A DNA stretch of 64,000 nt from an uncultured Gemmataceae bacterium (GTDB lineage: Bacteria > Planctomycetota > Planctomycetia > Gemmatales > Gemmataceae): the NCBI GenBank assembly GCA_963750165.1, contig CAVVPN010000003.1, positions 2,048,001 to 2,112,000 of the forward strand, read 5' to 3'. This document shows positions 1-10,926 of this stretch, piece by piece (the first letter of the stretch is position 1; each line of letters starts with the position of its first letter). Below the pieces are notes generated by a model that worked only from the letters and a program-made list of their open reading frames with translations, made no database searches and was not told the origin of the DNA. The position numbers were made by a program, and so were the translations under genes.

Positions 1-425
1 GCGCCGGACAGAAGCTCCTTCATGCGGTCGGCCCGCTTGGTGAGCACCTGGTAGGTGTGGTGATCGGCCTGAGCCATCGCCACGCACACTTTCCGAATGT
101 CCTCGGCCGGCAGATTTTCATGGAAGAGGTCGCTCATGGAGTTGACGAACACGGTCTGCGGACGCCGCCACCGGAGCGGGTCGGCAAGGGCATCGGACAC
201 GAGGACCATCTTGCCGTTCCAGCGACCGTCGGCGCCGATGACCTCGATGTAGTAGCGCAGCCGCCCCGGCTCCTCGCCGCGCACGCGCTTCGCGAGCGCG
301 ACCCCCTTCAAGCGCCGGGCCATTGCCATTGCGTAGCAGTGGTGGCAGCCGGGCGAACAGATCGAGCACCCCAGAACGGGATTCCAGGTCACCCCGGTCC
401 ACTCGATAGCGGATTTAGTAGACAT
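1..425 (-). CDS. DUF5131 / phage Gp37-Gp68 family protein (runs off left edge)
   Basis: Manual translation from ATG 425 (GGAGA RBS): MSTKSAIEWTGVTWNPVLGCSICSPGCHHCYA, the typical IEWT..TWNP..GC...SPGC..CYA start; not in ORF track. Confidence 0.9.
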   Translation of the reverse strand, partial: MSTKSAIEWTGVTWNPVLGCSICSPGCHHCYAMAMARRLKGVALAKRVRGEEPGRLRYYIEVIGADGRWNGKMVLVSDALADPLRWRRPQTVFVNSMSDLFHENLPAEDIRKVCVAMAQADHHTYQVLTKRADRMKELLSG

Positions 426-646
426 CGTTATCTCCGATCAACAATTCCAGGCCTTGCCCGATTCGCCCGCTTCTCAGCGAAGGTCAGGCTGGCGACTCTA
501 GCGGCGCGTCATCTACAGTAGATTGTTGAGGCTTCGGGCTGCCTGGTCAATTCTGTTTTACAGAATAGAATTACACTACCGTTCTGTTATTCTGAGCGCG
601 CGTCGCGTTTTTCTGAACCGCCGCACAGAGGTCTGGCTCGAGGAGG

Positions 647-1678
647 ATGGTCGTGACAGGTGAAGAAGCTAAAATCGGAGGCGTAGAAGCCGCGGAAATC
701 GTGGCTGAATCAAACGCCAGCGGGCGGCGGCCGAGACTCCAGCCATCCATCGAGTCCGTAGAGCTGTACGACCGGATTTGCGACTGCATCCGAGCCGGAA
801 AGAAAGAAACGCTGGAGGGCGTGGCCCGCGCGCTTCGGTGTGCTCCCTCCGCCGTTTCCGCGTGTCTCAAGACCTGGAAGGACATCCGGCATGCCGAACT
901 GGTGAACCTCGCCGTCTCCCCGATCATTCTTCTCCCACCAGGGGAGGAGTTGCACAAGATGGCGAAGGCGGTTCTGGCCGCCCACCAGGTGATGCGAACG
1001 CCGGGCCCGCCCGGCACCGGGGAAGAGCTGGTGGTCGGCGCCGCCAACGTCTTTGTCCGGCACCTGTTGAGTCGGGCAACCGCCCGATTTTATGCGCAGA
1101 CCGAATTCAAGGGCGCGTCGATCCGACTCATCGAGGAGCGCGAGGGAGCCATCCGGGCGCTCGAAGACGGGGAGGCGCAGTTTGTCCTCGGCGGCTCCGG
1201 ATTTCGCCGCCGGCATCCCTGGCTTCTCTGGGAGAACCTTCATCTCACGATCGACCTGGTGGCCATCACGAGGAAAAAAGACCCCCTCAAAACCGCCCAA
1301 CTGGGATTGACGGAAGAACTGCTCGAACAGCGAGTCGTCTGCTTGCAGGAGGATGACGCCCGGCTGCTGCGATTTCCACAACGCATTGTCGTGACCAATT
1401 ATGCTTCCGTCATGGATTTCGTCCGGGAGGCTGGTGCCATCGGCATCGTTCCCTTGCTCGGAGGCGTCGCGGCGACCGGCCGGGAGGAGTATCGCAAGGA
1501 CTTCCGCGTCTTCAGCCTCAACTTGAAGACGCCGATCGAACCGTGGGAACTCGGTGTTTGGACGCGCCGGGATGCGATGCTCTCCAGGAGCGCCGAGGCC
1601 TATCTTGGCGTGTTGAAGACGTTTCTGAAGAACTCGAATCCGCCGGGAGCGGCCGCACGCTCTGAGTCTGACGGGTAA
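647..1678 (+). CDS. Divergent LysR-type transcriptional regulator
   Basis: N-terminal HTH (VARALRCAPSAVSACLK), substrate-binding-like C-terminus (VMDFVREAGAIGIVP, LSRSAEAYLGVL); start uncertain. Confidence 0.65.
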   Translation: MVVTGEEAKIGGVEAAEIVAESNASGRRPRLQPSIESVELYDRICDCIRAGKKETLEGVARALRCAPSAVSACLKTWKDIRHAELVNLAVSPIILLPPGEELHKMAKAVLAAHQVMRTPGPPGTGEELVVGAANVFVRHLLSRATARFYAQTEFKGASIRLIEEREGAIRALEDGEAQFVLGGSGFRRRHPWLLWENLHLTIDLVAITRKKDPLKTAQLGLTEELLEQRVVCLQEDDARLLRFPQRIVVTNYASVMDFVREAGAIGIVPLLGGVAATGREEYRKDFRVFSLNLKTPIEPWELGVWTRRDAMLSRSAEAYLGVLKTFLKNSNPPGAAARSESDG

Positions 1679-2350
1679 AGTAGCCAGATAAGAGGGCATC
1701 CGTGCCAGGAGCGTCGGCATTGTGCCGAACGGGATTTTCAGAGGCATGTACTCCGGTGTTCGATGGGCGGGAAGAGGCGGGCCGAGAGTCAAGGCGGCGA
1801 GAGGAAGGTGACGGGGTGTTTGGGCGGCACACCCGGTCGAAGCCGAAACCGTCGAAAATAACCGCAAGCAAGAAAGTGGCCCCGGCAAGCTTGTCTCGGG
1901 CCTGCCGGGGCCGGGTGCTGTCCATCGACGCACCGTCGGCTCGGTTATCCCTTGGTCTGGTTGCGTCCCCGCAGAGCCAGCCTCCGTTTCACCGAGCAAC
2001 TACCACGATACTGATTCTCCGCACTGCTACACAAGACCGCCATGTTTCGTCCAGCCAGTTCCTTGCGCCGGACGACTCCCGGTGATAGAACCGGGCCGAC
2101 TTCACCATTTCTGACCGGGGTAGACATCTGCCGTCCCGCCCCTGGATGAGAGAGGCCCAGCCGTTCTCGCCCAGGAGGCAGGCGGCGCCATGCGAAGGTT
2201 CTCCCCAGGTTTTCCGTTCCCCTGTGGCCGCTCCTATCACGCCACCGCCTCTTTTCCCGGGAACGCGGGCGCCGGGTCGTGCAGACAACTCCGCCGGATG
2301 CCTGCACGACCCGGTAATTCCGCTAACCCGTTGCGAAAGGAGAACGGCTG

Positions 2351-2698
2351 ATGGCACACCCCCACTCCGCGCTCGCCGAGTACCTCGCCCGGCTCAAGGC
2401 CGGCGAGGCGGTCCCCTTTTCCCCAGGCCCCTCAGGCGGGGAGGAATGGGACGAGCACGTCCGGCGCATTTCCGCCGAAGGTCAGATCGCCGAGGTGACG
2501 GAGGAGCAGTACTTCTACTGGCTCGAAGTCCTCCCCCCGCACTGGATGAACGGCTCGCACTTCTGCTTTGCCGAGGGCGCCGAGGCTCTTCGGCTCTTCT
2601 GGCGTGACCGCCAGACCGGCCGCTACCTCGCCCGCCAGCTTTCCTGGGATGAGACCCTCCGCTTCTGTGAGCTGGCCGGCATTCCGCGGCCTCACTGA
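2351..2698 (+). CDS. DUF1419-like hypothetical protein
   Basis: EVTEEQYFYWLEVLPPHWM motif; AAGGAGA RBS. Confidence 0.55.
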   Translation: MAHPHSALAEYLARLKAGEAVPFSPGPSGGEEWDEHVRRISAEGQIAEVTEEQYFYWLEVLPPHWMNGSHFCFAEGAEALRLFWRDRQTGRYLARQLSWDETLRFCELAGIPRPH

Positions 2699-2725
2699 AG
2701 CGCCTGGCCCAGGAGAAAAAGCACC

Positions 2726-2938
2726 ATGCGCTACGTCATCCACGTTACGACCCTGCGCGACCCGATCCGCTTCTTCGCGAAGGGGCGGACCCGCGCGGAG
2801 GCCCGCGCCGAGGCACTGGCCTTCATCCACGCCTGGCCGCTGACGGCCAAGAACCAACCCTGCGGCTTCCGCATCGAGGAGAGCCACTGGCTCTTCGCCG
2901 ACATCCCATCCACGACGAAAGGAGACCATCCCACATGA
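2726..2938 (+). CDS. Hypothetical protein
   Basis: AGGAGA RBS; ATGA coupling to next ORF. Confidence 0.6.
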   Translation: MRYVIHVTTLRDPIRFFAKGRTRAEARAEALAFIHAWPLTAKNQPCGFRIEESHWLFADIPSTTKGDHPT

Positions 2939-3147
2939 TCGTTGATCGCAAAGACGGCTCGTGCCGTTCCTGCGGCGGCACGCTCCGCGTGATCGACGCC
3001 GACGACGCGACCCTGACGGTGATCTGCCTGGACTGTCAGGACACCTACGAAGTAGAGACCGACGCCTTCGGCGACGATTGCATGACCTACTACCTGGGCT
3101 TTCTGGCGGAGGCCCTCCGGCGCAGGCAGAAAGGAGCAAACCCATGA
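2935..3147 (+). CDS. Small zinc-ribbon protein
   Basis: CRSC...CLDC pairs; AAGGAGA RBS. Confidence 0.65.
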   Translation: MIVDRKDGSCRSCGGTLRVIDADDATLTVICLDCQDTYEVETDAFGDDCMTYYLGFLAEALRRRQKGANP

Positions 3148-3207
3148 TACTCGCACGCCGTTGGTGCATCGACGAGCCCGAGGACGCCGATTGGAAAGGA
3201 GAACGAC

Positions 3208-3567
3208 ATGAATGACGCGCCTCACGGTCCGGAGCGCAGCTCCGCCGACGAGTTGCGGCACGAGCTCGAGAACCTCGACCGCGAGCTTGCCCAGGTGGAG
3301 CTGGCCGACATCGTCCGCCTCAAGAAGCCTTATGGCTTGAAGATCGACCGGCAGAAGGGACCGTTCGGGTTCGGCATCGTGGCCGAGATCCTGACGGTGC
3401 TGCCTGACGGCCGCACGCGCAACGTGAGCCTGTACCTTTACGACCCAGAGCGGAAGGAGATCTTCCTTGGGCCGCATGGCGTGCCGGAGTTCGTGGACTG
3501 CCACTGCTCGGAGTTCGAACTGTACAAGCGGGCGACGGACATGGGTTACAGCCCGCTGCTGGAGTGA
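3208..3567 (+). CDS. Hypothetical protein
   Basis: AAGGAGA RBS; followed by GC-rich hairpin at ~3572-3603. Confidence 0.65.
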   Translation: MNDAPHGPERSSADELRHELENLDRELAQVELADIVRLKKPYGLKIDRQKGPFGFGIVAEILTVLPDGRTRNVSLYLYDPERKEIFLGPHGVPEFVDCHCSEFELYKRATDMGYSPLLE

Positions 3568-3849
3568 ACGAGGGGGCGGCGCCGGTCAGAAGCGGCCCGC
3601 CCCATTCCGGCGTTCCGCAAAGGTTGCATGGCGCCGCCCCTCTCTTCCGTCTTCCTCCCTGCGCCGAAATGGGCTGACCACACCAACACGCCGGCTGCGC
3701 GGGGCGGGGCCGGGATCGTCACCACCCGGAGAACCGCCGTTTGCCGGAAGCAAGAAAGTGTTTCAGCAGGAGCGCGGCCGCCGCGACCACCAGGGAGGGC
3801 AGCGGATACTTGCAGGCCAGCCAGCCCGCGCCCAGGAAGAACAAAGCCG

Positions 3850-4647
3850 TCATCGCGTTTCCTCCTCCGGGAAGGTGCGCGAGAGCGACACCAGACCGGT
3901 CGCGGCGGTCCGGCCCCGCGGCTCGCGGCAGTCCTCCGCTCGTGTTACTCCCTCCCGACTCGAACTCGTTGTCTCCTCGGCACCGTCGAACGGCTTCACG
4001 ATGCGGCGCTGGTAGCGGAGCACCGTCGGCGGCAGCGACTCCTCGCCTGCCCGCCGCCGTGCGTCGTTCAGCAGGCGGAGGACGTTCAGCAGCTGCTGGC
4101 GAACGCGCGCGTAGGGCTCGAACGGGACGGTGTATAGCTGGCGGCTCAGAACATCCGCCGGGGTACGGACCGCCCTCTCCAAAAAGTACGCCTTCAGGTT
4201 CCGGTACGCCTCCTGGCCGATCTGGACCCGGGAGTGCCATTTGTCGTCCGGCTCCGCAGGTTCATCCGACTCGGCCCGGGCCTTGAAATCCCCTTGCTTG
4301 TACGTGATCGAGTAACCCGCGAAGTGGAGCGGCAGCTTGCGGATGTCGCGGACCCGCTCCCCCTCCTCCTCGAAAAAACAGTGCTTGCCGTGGGTGGCAA
4401 GGAGGACGAAGAGACGCCCGTGGCGGAGGTAATGCAGGTTGGCGAGGCCGGCAAGCTTCCGCCGCGCCCGCGACTGGCGCGAGATGGCGATGCCGTACTT
4501 TTCCTGGAGCTTCGCGTCCACGGCTCGCGGGTCCTTGCCCGCCGGCACCCACCCGCTGACGTAGAACCAGTAGCCGTGGGGCAGGTAGCAGCAGGCCAGC
4601 TGCTGGACGAACCCCTCGACCGTCGTTGCTTCACAGCGGTAGTGCAT
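3850..4647 (-). CDS. Hypothetical protein
   Basis: Globular-looking ORF from ATG 4647 (MHYRCEATTVEGFVQQLACCYLPHGYWFY); longer track start at 5205 looks spurious. Confidence 0.7.
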   Translation of the reverse strand: MHYRCEATTVEGFVQQLACCYLPHGYWFYVSGWVPAGKDPRAVDAKLQEKYGIAISRQSRARRKLAGLANLHYLRHGRLFVLLATHGKHCFFEEEGERVRDIRKLPLHFAGYSITYKQGDFKARAESDEPAEPDDKWHSRVQIGQEAYRNLKAYFLERAVRTPADVLSRQLYTVPFEPYARVRQQLLNVLRLLNDARRRAGEESLPPTVLRYQRRIVKPFDGAEETTSSSREGVTRAEDCREPRGRTAATGLVSLSRTFPEEETR

Positions 4648-6152
4648 GCGGCGAAAAGACCAATGCCTCCCCAGCGTGGCGGAAGGCGGGGTTGTTTGTT
4701 GACGGCCAACCCCACGCCGATGAAAACCGTTTTCCCCGAGAGGCGCAAGGGTCGGTCGGGGCGTCGTACCCTTCCCGACCACGCAAGCTCCGACCCAGGA
4801 AAAAAACCTCCCTCCTACCTTGAAAACCTTTCCCTCCAAACGGTATCTCGGCGGGCCGCCACTATATTCCAAGTGCGACCCCGCCGAATTTATACGCGTA
4901 CCGTCTGCGAACCTCATGGCGAACGGCGGCGTGTCTCGGTGACACGTCGCCTGTCCGCCGCCAAATTGCCGCCAAAGGAGGCCTTTTCTCCCGAAAAGGC
5001 CTCCTTTGACCGCTTCGCCTCCCGCCAAGGAATGCGGCGCGAGGCCCCGTACCAAGGGAGCCTCGCGCCCGATCTTCCGAACGCTCAAAAAGCCAGTCAG
5101 CCCTTTCGTCGTGGCCAATGTGTCCGGCACCACCCGTTGACACGCCAGCGGGTCGCGACTGCCTTGCCGCGCGCACCGCCCGGTTCCGCCTCTGGCTCCC
5201 GCCACAGGCTTCCCCGACTGTCTACTCAGGCCCCACTCCCAGACTCCAGCATTTCAAGCACGTGGGGGACCAAACCCACGCACCGGCGACCAGGCCGGCC
5301 GCTGGAGCCCTTCCCGCGTTAGCCATCTCCTTCGTCTTCTGGGTCACGTGGCTATCGGGCGTTACCCCGAGGACCTCTGGCCATATGTCCGGGCTCCCGC
5401 CGCGGCATAGTTTCGACAAGGCCGTTCCGTACACGGCTTCGCCATTTCAGGGGGCAGAATATAGAAGCTCCTCCCTTACCCTTCGGCCAGGGTCGTTCGC
5501 CGTCACCACGGGCCGCTATCGGCCTTGAGGTGAGCATTTCGGCATCGTCTCCCAGAGAACTCACCGGCAAGCCCTTACGGGCCTTTCATGGTTGAGCTTT
5601 TCACGTCTCCGCGTTTAACGGAGTACACGGGTCAGTCTTACCCGTTTCCCGCTGTTGCCAGACAGGAAGCTCCCCACGCCGGCCAGCGTTCCACGAACCT
5701 CGCGTAGCGAGGCCCGAGGCCCGCGGGCGGATTTGCGGCCTGCCTGGCAGGACCGCGCACCAGCTTTGCAAGATGGCGGCTTTGGCACGCGCCAAAGGAT
5801 GTCCGCGTCGCCCACATTCAGTGCGAACGCATAGGATAGAACGCTGAGATTGCTCTTCTGGGATACAAAGCCAGGAAGGATTACTTCAGCGAGCCTCCTT
5901 CGAGCACGGACAAGCCACTCTCGCGGCAATCCGGCTCTACTGGCACAGCACGTGACGGCTGGTTAGTGCCATCCTCTTAGCCTGGTTGGTGGCCAGGTTT
6001 ACCGAGTGTGCTGCGCGAACGGAAGACCGTGGTCAAAGCGTTTACGTCATTGACGACCGGCAGGACCTATCCTCGCCCTGCACCAGGGAAACTAGCGCAG
6101 GAGAAGGAACAGGACCATGGATACTTTCCGCCCCGTCGGTGCCTGCCTGATA

Positions 6153-6257
6153 CCGATTATCCGGGGAGGATTCCCCGATTGTGGGGGGAGATTTTACCGA
6201 TAGCCGAGGGAGGAGTTGACGATGTCCGGGGGAGAAAACACCGATGCGCCGGGGAGA
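6153..6257 (+). repeat. Five iterons with exact 22-bp period (putative replication origin)
   Basis: (C/A)CGAT-N5-(G/A)GGGAG at 6153, 6175, 6197, 6219, 6241, directly upstream of rep. Confidence 0.85.
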
Positions 6258-6393
6258 AATAGGCCGTGCAAGGCCTTGATTCTGCTGGTCTTTCGCAGTC
6301 ACAACTATTCATAACTGAAGAACAAAACGGAACAACAACAGGGAGCTGCCGACGTTGTTGCTTTTTTCTTCAAAGCAACACAAGAATAAAAGC

Positions 6394-7848
6394 GTGAAAC
6401 GGACCCCCCAGGCAGTCCCGGCGGAGCCAGCCCAACTCCCCCGCGAACACAACCAGGGCAGAGACGAACTCAACCTGGCGGAGTTCCCGCTCGCCGCCCT
6501 GTCGAATCGGGTCTCACCCGCGAAGAAGACGCTTGTCTTTCAGGACCGAATCCGGGACCGGGGCAATGGAGAGTTCATTACGAGGCGTCTCATCATCACG
6601 GCCTCGGACAGGTACGGACTACCCACCGCGATCGATGATGACATCATCGTGGGCCTCATTCAGCTGACGAAAGCCAACAACAATTTCACCGACCGAGTTG
6701 TCTCATTTAGCCGGTACGCGCTCGTCGAGCTTCTCGGCTGGCCCGACAGTGGTCAGAGTTACCGGCGCATCGAGGAGTCGCTGAAACGCTGGCTGGGAGT
6801 CACGTTGACCTATGAAAGGGCCTGGTGGGACAAGGAGAGCCAGAGTTGGATCGACGAGCACTTTCACATCCTCGACAACGTCACCCTCGTGAATCGCGAA
6901 GCCCGCCGAAGGAAGGCGGCATGCCGTCAACGGGAGCTGCCCCTTTCTTCGTTCTCTTGGAACAGCGTCGTCTTTCGGAGCTTTCAGGCGGAGAATCTGA
7001 AGCGCCTCGACCTGAATCTCTATTTCCAGCTTCGCCTCGCTCCCGCCAAGCGTGCCTTTCGCTTCCTCGACAAGCGCTTCTATCGTCGCAACCGCCTGGA
7101 GTTTGATTTGCGCAATTTTGCCTGCGAGCACGTGGGGCTCAGTCGCAAATATGACGTCGGGAAGATCAAGGAAAAGCTCCAACCCTCCCTCGAAGAACTC
7201 GAGAAGGCAAACTTCATCGAGCCCCTCCGGCGGGATGAGCGCTACGTGAAGGTGGGCGCCGGTGTCTGGCGGATCATCTTCGTAAGGAAGACCTGGGAGA
7301 GCCCGCCCCGCCCTACGAGGACCGCGAGCAGGGCACACGAGGAGGAACTCATCGCTCGCGGCGTGACGCCTGCTACCGCCGTAAAGCTGGTGGCGACCTA
7401 TCCGGCGGAGCGGATCGGCTCGAAAATCGAGGTTCATGACTGGCTCCGCGCGAACAATGAGCAGCGCCTCTCGAAGAATCCGGCGGGCTACCTCGTGCAT
7501 TCGATCCGGAATGACTATGCCCCGCCCGCGGGTTTCGCTTCGAGGGCCGACCGCGAGAAGACGACCCGGGCGAGGCACAGCAAGCGGTCACAGGTTGCCG
7601 ATCGATTGGCCCGACACAAGGCGGAGGCCGACGCTCGGCTCGATGCGCAAAAGGACCCGATTCTCCGCTATTGGAACTCTCTCAGCCCGGTGGAACAGGA
7701 GCGGCTGCGAGACGCCGCTCTCGCCGATGCTGACTCGTGGCTTCTCGAGCGGTACGAGGGCGCGAAACCTCACCTCGCGAAACACTTCCTGCAAATCATC
7801 ATCGACCGGTACATCGAGAAGCGGGCCCTCGCCCTTTCCGCAGAGTGA
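6394..7848 (+). CDS. repA: Plasmid replication initiator protein A
   Basis: GRDELNLAEFPLAAL, GLPTAIDDDIIVGLIQL, FSRYALVELLGW; lies between iterons and parA; start GTG 6394 or TTG 6355. Confidence 0.85.
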   Translation: MKRTPQAVPAEPAQLPREHNQGRDELNLAEFPLAALSNRVSPAKKTLVFQDRIRDRGNGEFITRRLIITASDRYGLPTAIDDDIIVGLIQLTKANNNFTDRVVSFSRYALVELLGWPDSGQSYRRIEESLKRWLGVTLTYERAWWDKESQSWIDEHFHILDNVTLVNREARRRKAACRQRELPLSSFSWNSVVFRSFQAENLKRLDLNLYFQLRLAPAKRAFRFLDKRFYRRNRLEFDLRNFACEHVGLSRKYDVGKIKEKLQPSLEELEKANFIEPLRRDERYVKVGAGVWRIIFVRKTWESPPRPTRTASRAHEEELIARGVTPATAVKLVATYPAERIGSKIEVHDWLRANNEQRLSKNPAGYLVHSIRNDYAPPAGFASRADREKTTRARHSKRSQVADRLARHKAEADARLDAQKDPILRYWNSLSPVEQERLRDAALADADSWLLERYEGAKPHLAKHFLQIIIDRYIEKRALALSAE

Positions 7849-8145
7849 GTGCGCCGCAGTCACCGATGCCTTCTTGTCGGAACTGCGAGACGCCGCCACG
7901 CGCTTTCATCACGACCCTGACGGACATCCCCAATATTTCCCGTGCATTGATGACTCTCCGGCACGCCCGCGGGCGGGCCCGCCGGCAGTCTCGCTCGCCG
8001 GCGGGCGGGCGGTCCCGCAGTCCCGACTGCTCGAAAAGGTATTCTCCACTGAGTTAGGGGCTTGTCGCAATGGCCCCAGGCGCGCTACATCAGGAGGGCA
8101 GGGATCCGGGCACGCCGGAATGCCCGCCGGCATGGAGGCAGGATT

Positions 8146-9024
8146 ATGACTACCAGCAGACTCGGCGCGCTCATCGCCGTCGGCAATCAGAAGGGAGGTG
8201 TCGGCAAGACGACCAATACGGTGCATCTCGCCGCGGCACTCGGGGAAAAGGGTTACGCCGTCCTCATCATCGACCTGGACCCGGGCGCTGGAGCAACGAA
8301 GCACCTCGGCATTCCCGTCCAGAGTTTTGCCGGCACGCTCGAACTGCTGACGACCAGCGAGACGCCACAGACCCTGGCCATCACAGAAGGGATGCCGAGA
8401 GGCGTTCATCTCATCCCGTCCAGGACGCAGCTATCGGAACTCGAGACGCTGCTCTCGAAATTTGTCGATCGGACGAGGATCCTCGACCGCCCGGCCGACC
8501 TGGCTCGGCCGCACTACGACTTCATTTTCCTCGACACTCCGCCCTGGGCGGGAGCGACGACTACGGTTGCGGCCTATGCAGTTGCGGACTGGTTTCTCCT
8601 TTCCGCGTTCCCGCACCCGTTGTCGATCGCGGGCCTCAACGAGGCCTTGAAGGACATCGCAGACGTCCGCATCCAGAGGAACCCCGGCCTCGAGGTTCTT
8701 GGGGTCATTCTCACTTGCGTCGATACCCGGACGAATCTCGCCCGGGACGTTGAGGATCTCGTTACGCGGGAATTGCCGGGGCGGGCGTTTCGGACGATCA
8801 TCACCCAAGCGAACGCTCTGCCCGTACTTTCCGGCAGGGGGAAGACACTGTTCGACAGCAAGGTCTATTCGACCCACAAGGTTACCGAACAGTACCGTAG
8901 CCTGGCAGCGGAGGTCGAGGAGCGGGCGGTGAATCGACAACCCTTCCTCCTTCGCGGAAGGGAGGAACCCGAATCCACTGTGAATGAGGGTGCGGAGCCG
9001 AACCGGGCAATTCTGAACGGATAG
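8146..9024 (+). CDS. parA: ParA family partition ATPase
   Basis: NQKGGVGKTT deviant Walker A, IDLDP, YDFIFLDTPP. Confidence 0.95.
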   Translation: MTTSRLGALIAVGNQKGGVGKTTNTVHLAAALGEKGYAVLIIDLDPGAGATKHLGIPVQSFAGTLELLTTSETPQTLAITEGMPRGVHLIPSRTQLSELETLLSKFVDRTRILDRPADLARPHYDFIFLDTPPWAGATTTVAAYAVADWFLLSAFPHPLSIAGLNEALKDIADVRIQRNPGLEVLGVILTCVDTRTNLARDVEDLVTRELPGRAFRTIITQANALPVLSGRGKTLFDSKVYSTHKVTEQYRSLAAEVEERAVNRQPFLLRGREEPESTVNEGAEPNRAILNG

Positions 9025-9031
9025 AGGGATC

Positions 9032-9457
9032 GTGGCGAAACCATTGACGAGCGCAGTGCCATCGAGCGCGGTTGCCCGACTCCTCGAGCCGGGGGTGGCC
9101 CGAGCGGCCCTTGTGGAGACGCACCCTGTCACTCCACCGGTCGTCGAGAAGACGGGAGAGACACCGGAGATCAAGCGAGAGTTCATCCTGACCCAGACGA
9201 CCGACGACGCGCTGGGGCACCTCACCATTCTCTATTCCAAGGCGACCGGGACGAACGTCACGAACAGTCATCTCCTCCGGGCTCTCCTCAAGGCGCTCGT
9301 GCACGCTATGCCGGAACTCGAGAGGCAGGCTTGGCAGATAGGCAAGCTCAGGCGGCCGAGCAACGCCCGGGGTAGGGAGGCCGAGCGCGAGGAATACGAG
9401 AGGCGCATCGCGGCATCCCTGCTTGCCGGCATGCGGGCAGGCCTGCCGTTGGACTAG
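9032..9457 (+). CDS. ParA-associated protein (candidate centromere-binding partner)
   Basis: Starts 7 bp after parA stop; 141 aa; no ParB motif. Confidence 0.7.
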   Translation: MAKPLTSAVPSSAVARLLEPGVARAALVETHPVTPPVVEKTGETPEIKREFILTQTTDDALGHLTILYSKATGTNVTNSHLLRALLKALVHAMPELERQAWQIGKLRRPSNARGREAEREEYERRIAASLLAGMRAGLPLD

Positions 9458-9849
9458 AGGCGGGGCGGGAAAACCTCGACGCATGCCTTGAGGTGTTTGC
9501 AAGAGTTTCCGATGCCACGCGACCGTATCTGTTTACAGGTCGAGGGTGACAAAGGTACAGAGCGGGACCGAGGGCTGAAGGTGCCTCCCAGCTAGTTCGG
9601 TCGATCAGACCGCAGCAGATTGGCGGAAGAGCGGTTCGTGCTGAGGTGGGGCGGACCGACGCACGCAAGCTCGAGCGCTGTTACCAGGGCCCCCCCCACC
9701 CACGCTGGTCGCCGGCGATGACGTTGCTAACCGGCTGGCACTGCGACGATCGACGGCCAGCCGCCGCGGTGGTGGGCCACCACGTCAACCGTTGTGAGCG
9801 GCCAGGAGTGGGACGCTGGTGTCTGCGGCGCGAAGGAGACGGAGGGCAG

Positions 9850-10028
9850 TCGCTCGCGTGGAGGACTTCGTGGATGATGGTGTCGAGGGTGGCCTGCGGG
9901 CTGAGCTGGTCGCGGATCCGGATCTCCTTGCCCCGCCGCGACGGCTCATCGCACTCCCCCTGCGTGCCGCGGGACAGCTCGCGGGTGAAGCGGAAGCGGT
10001 AGCGTCTGCCCAGAATGGTGACGTGCAC
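9850..10028 (-). pseudogene. Truncated HExxH metallopeptidase-like gene
   Basis: GECDEP..KEIRI..LDTIIHEVLHA, then low-complexity sequence. Confidence 0.45.
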
Positions 10029-10109
10029 GGATGAGTTCCATTAGCGTCCGTGACGAGTTTCCCACAGGGCTGTTGATCTGGCTACGGGGGCCGTGGCAGG
10101 GGCTGGCAC

Positions 10110-10926
10110 CTAACTGGGCTTGGCCGAGTTCAAGCTGTCGGCCAGGGTCCAACCACGCTTCGTCAGCGCGAACGATTCGCCCGTGTCCCCGCGCGGTTCG
10201 AGAAGGCGGCGGCTGACCAAGTCGTTGACGGCCTCGCGGTAGGCCGCCTCAAGGCGGGCGTCATTGCCGTCCACGAGCTGCATCCCGTGCGCGGCGAGGT
10301 CGAAGCCGTGCATGCTCTTGGTCATGGACAGGGTGCCGCGCGGGTCCTTGCCGGTTTCCGCGAGGATGTGCTTCGCCTCGTCGGAGAGGTCGGGTTCGTC
10401 CGGCGGGGCTGGCTTGTCCGGCGGGTCCGGCGTCGTCACCAGTGTCACCACCTTGCCGAGCTTCCTCTGGAGCGACGGCCAAGACCGGTCGAACGCCTTA
10501 CGCAGGAGCCCCTCGTCGTGAGGGGAGCTCAGCCGACCGTTGATGGTCCGGATGAGCCGCCAGGTGTCGTCCTTCTCGAAGACGGTTGCCTGATACTGCC
10601 CGAGCGGAGTGCCGGAAAGGCTCGACGGCTTGACCTCAACCAGGTACGGGCAGATGAGCGAACCCCGCATCGCGTGGGCGATCGCGCCGGCTTCGTAGTA
10701 GAGCCACGACGACTCGATGTTCTCGGGCGTGACGCAGATGAGACACGCGCCGCTGCGCGAGCTGGTCGGAGATCGCGTTGAACCAGGACGTCCCCTTGGT
10801 GATGTCCTCGCTCGACATCCAGGGCTTGACGCCGGGCAGGGCGTCGGGCAGCCACTCGCTGAACGCCTCGGCGGCCTGGCGACTGCCGGGGCGGGACCAG
10901 CTCACAAAGATTTCAAAGTCGGCCAC
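10110..10926 (-). CDS. TIR-domain protein (one frameshift near 10755)
   Basis: IFVSWS, PWMSSEDITKGTSW, then in another frame ACLICVTPENIESSWLYYEAGA with the catalytic Glu; AAGGAGA RBS before GTG 10926. Confidence 0.85.
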
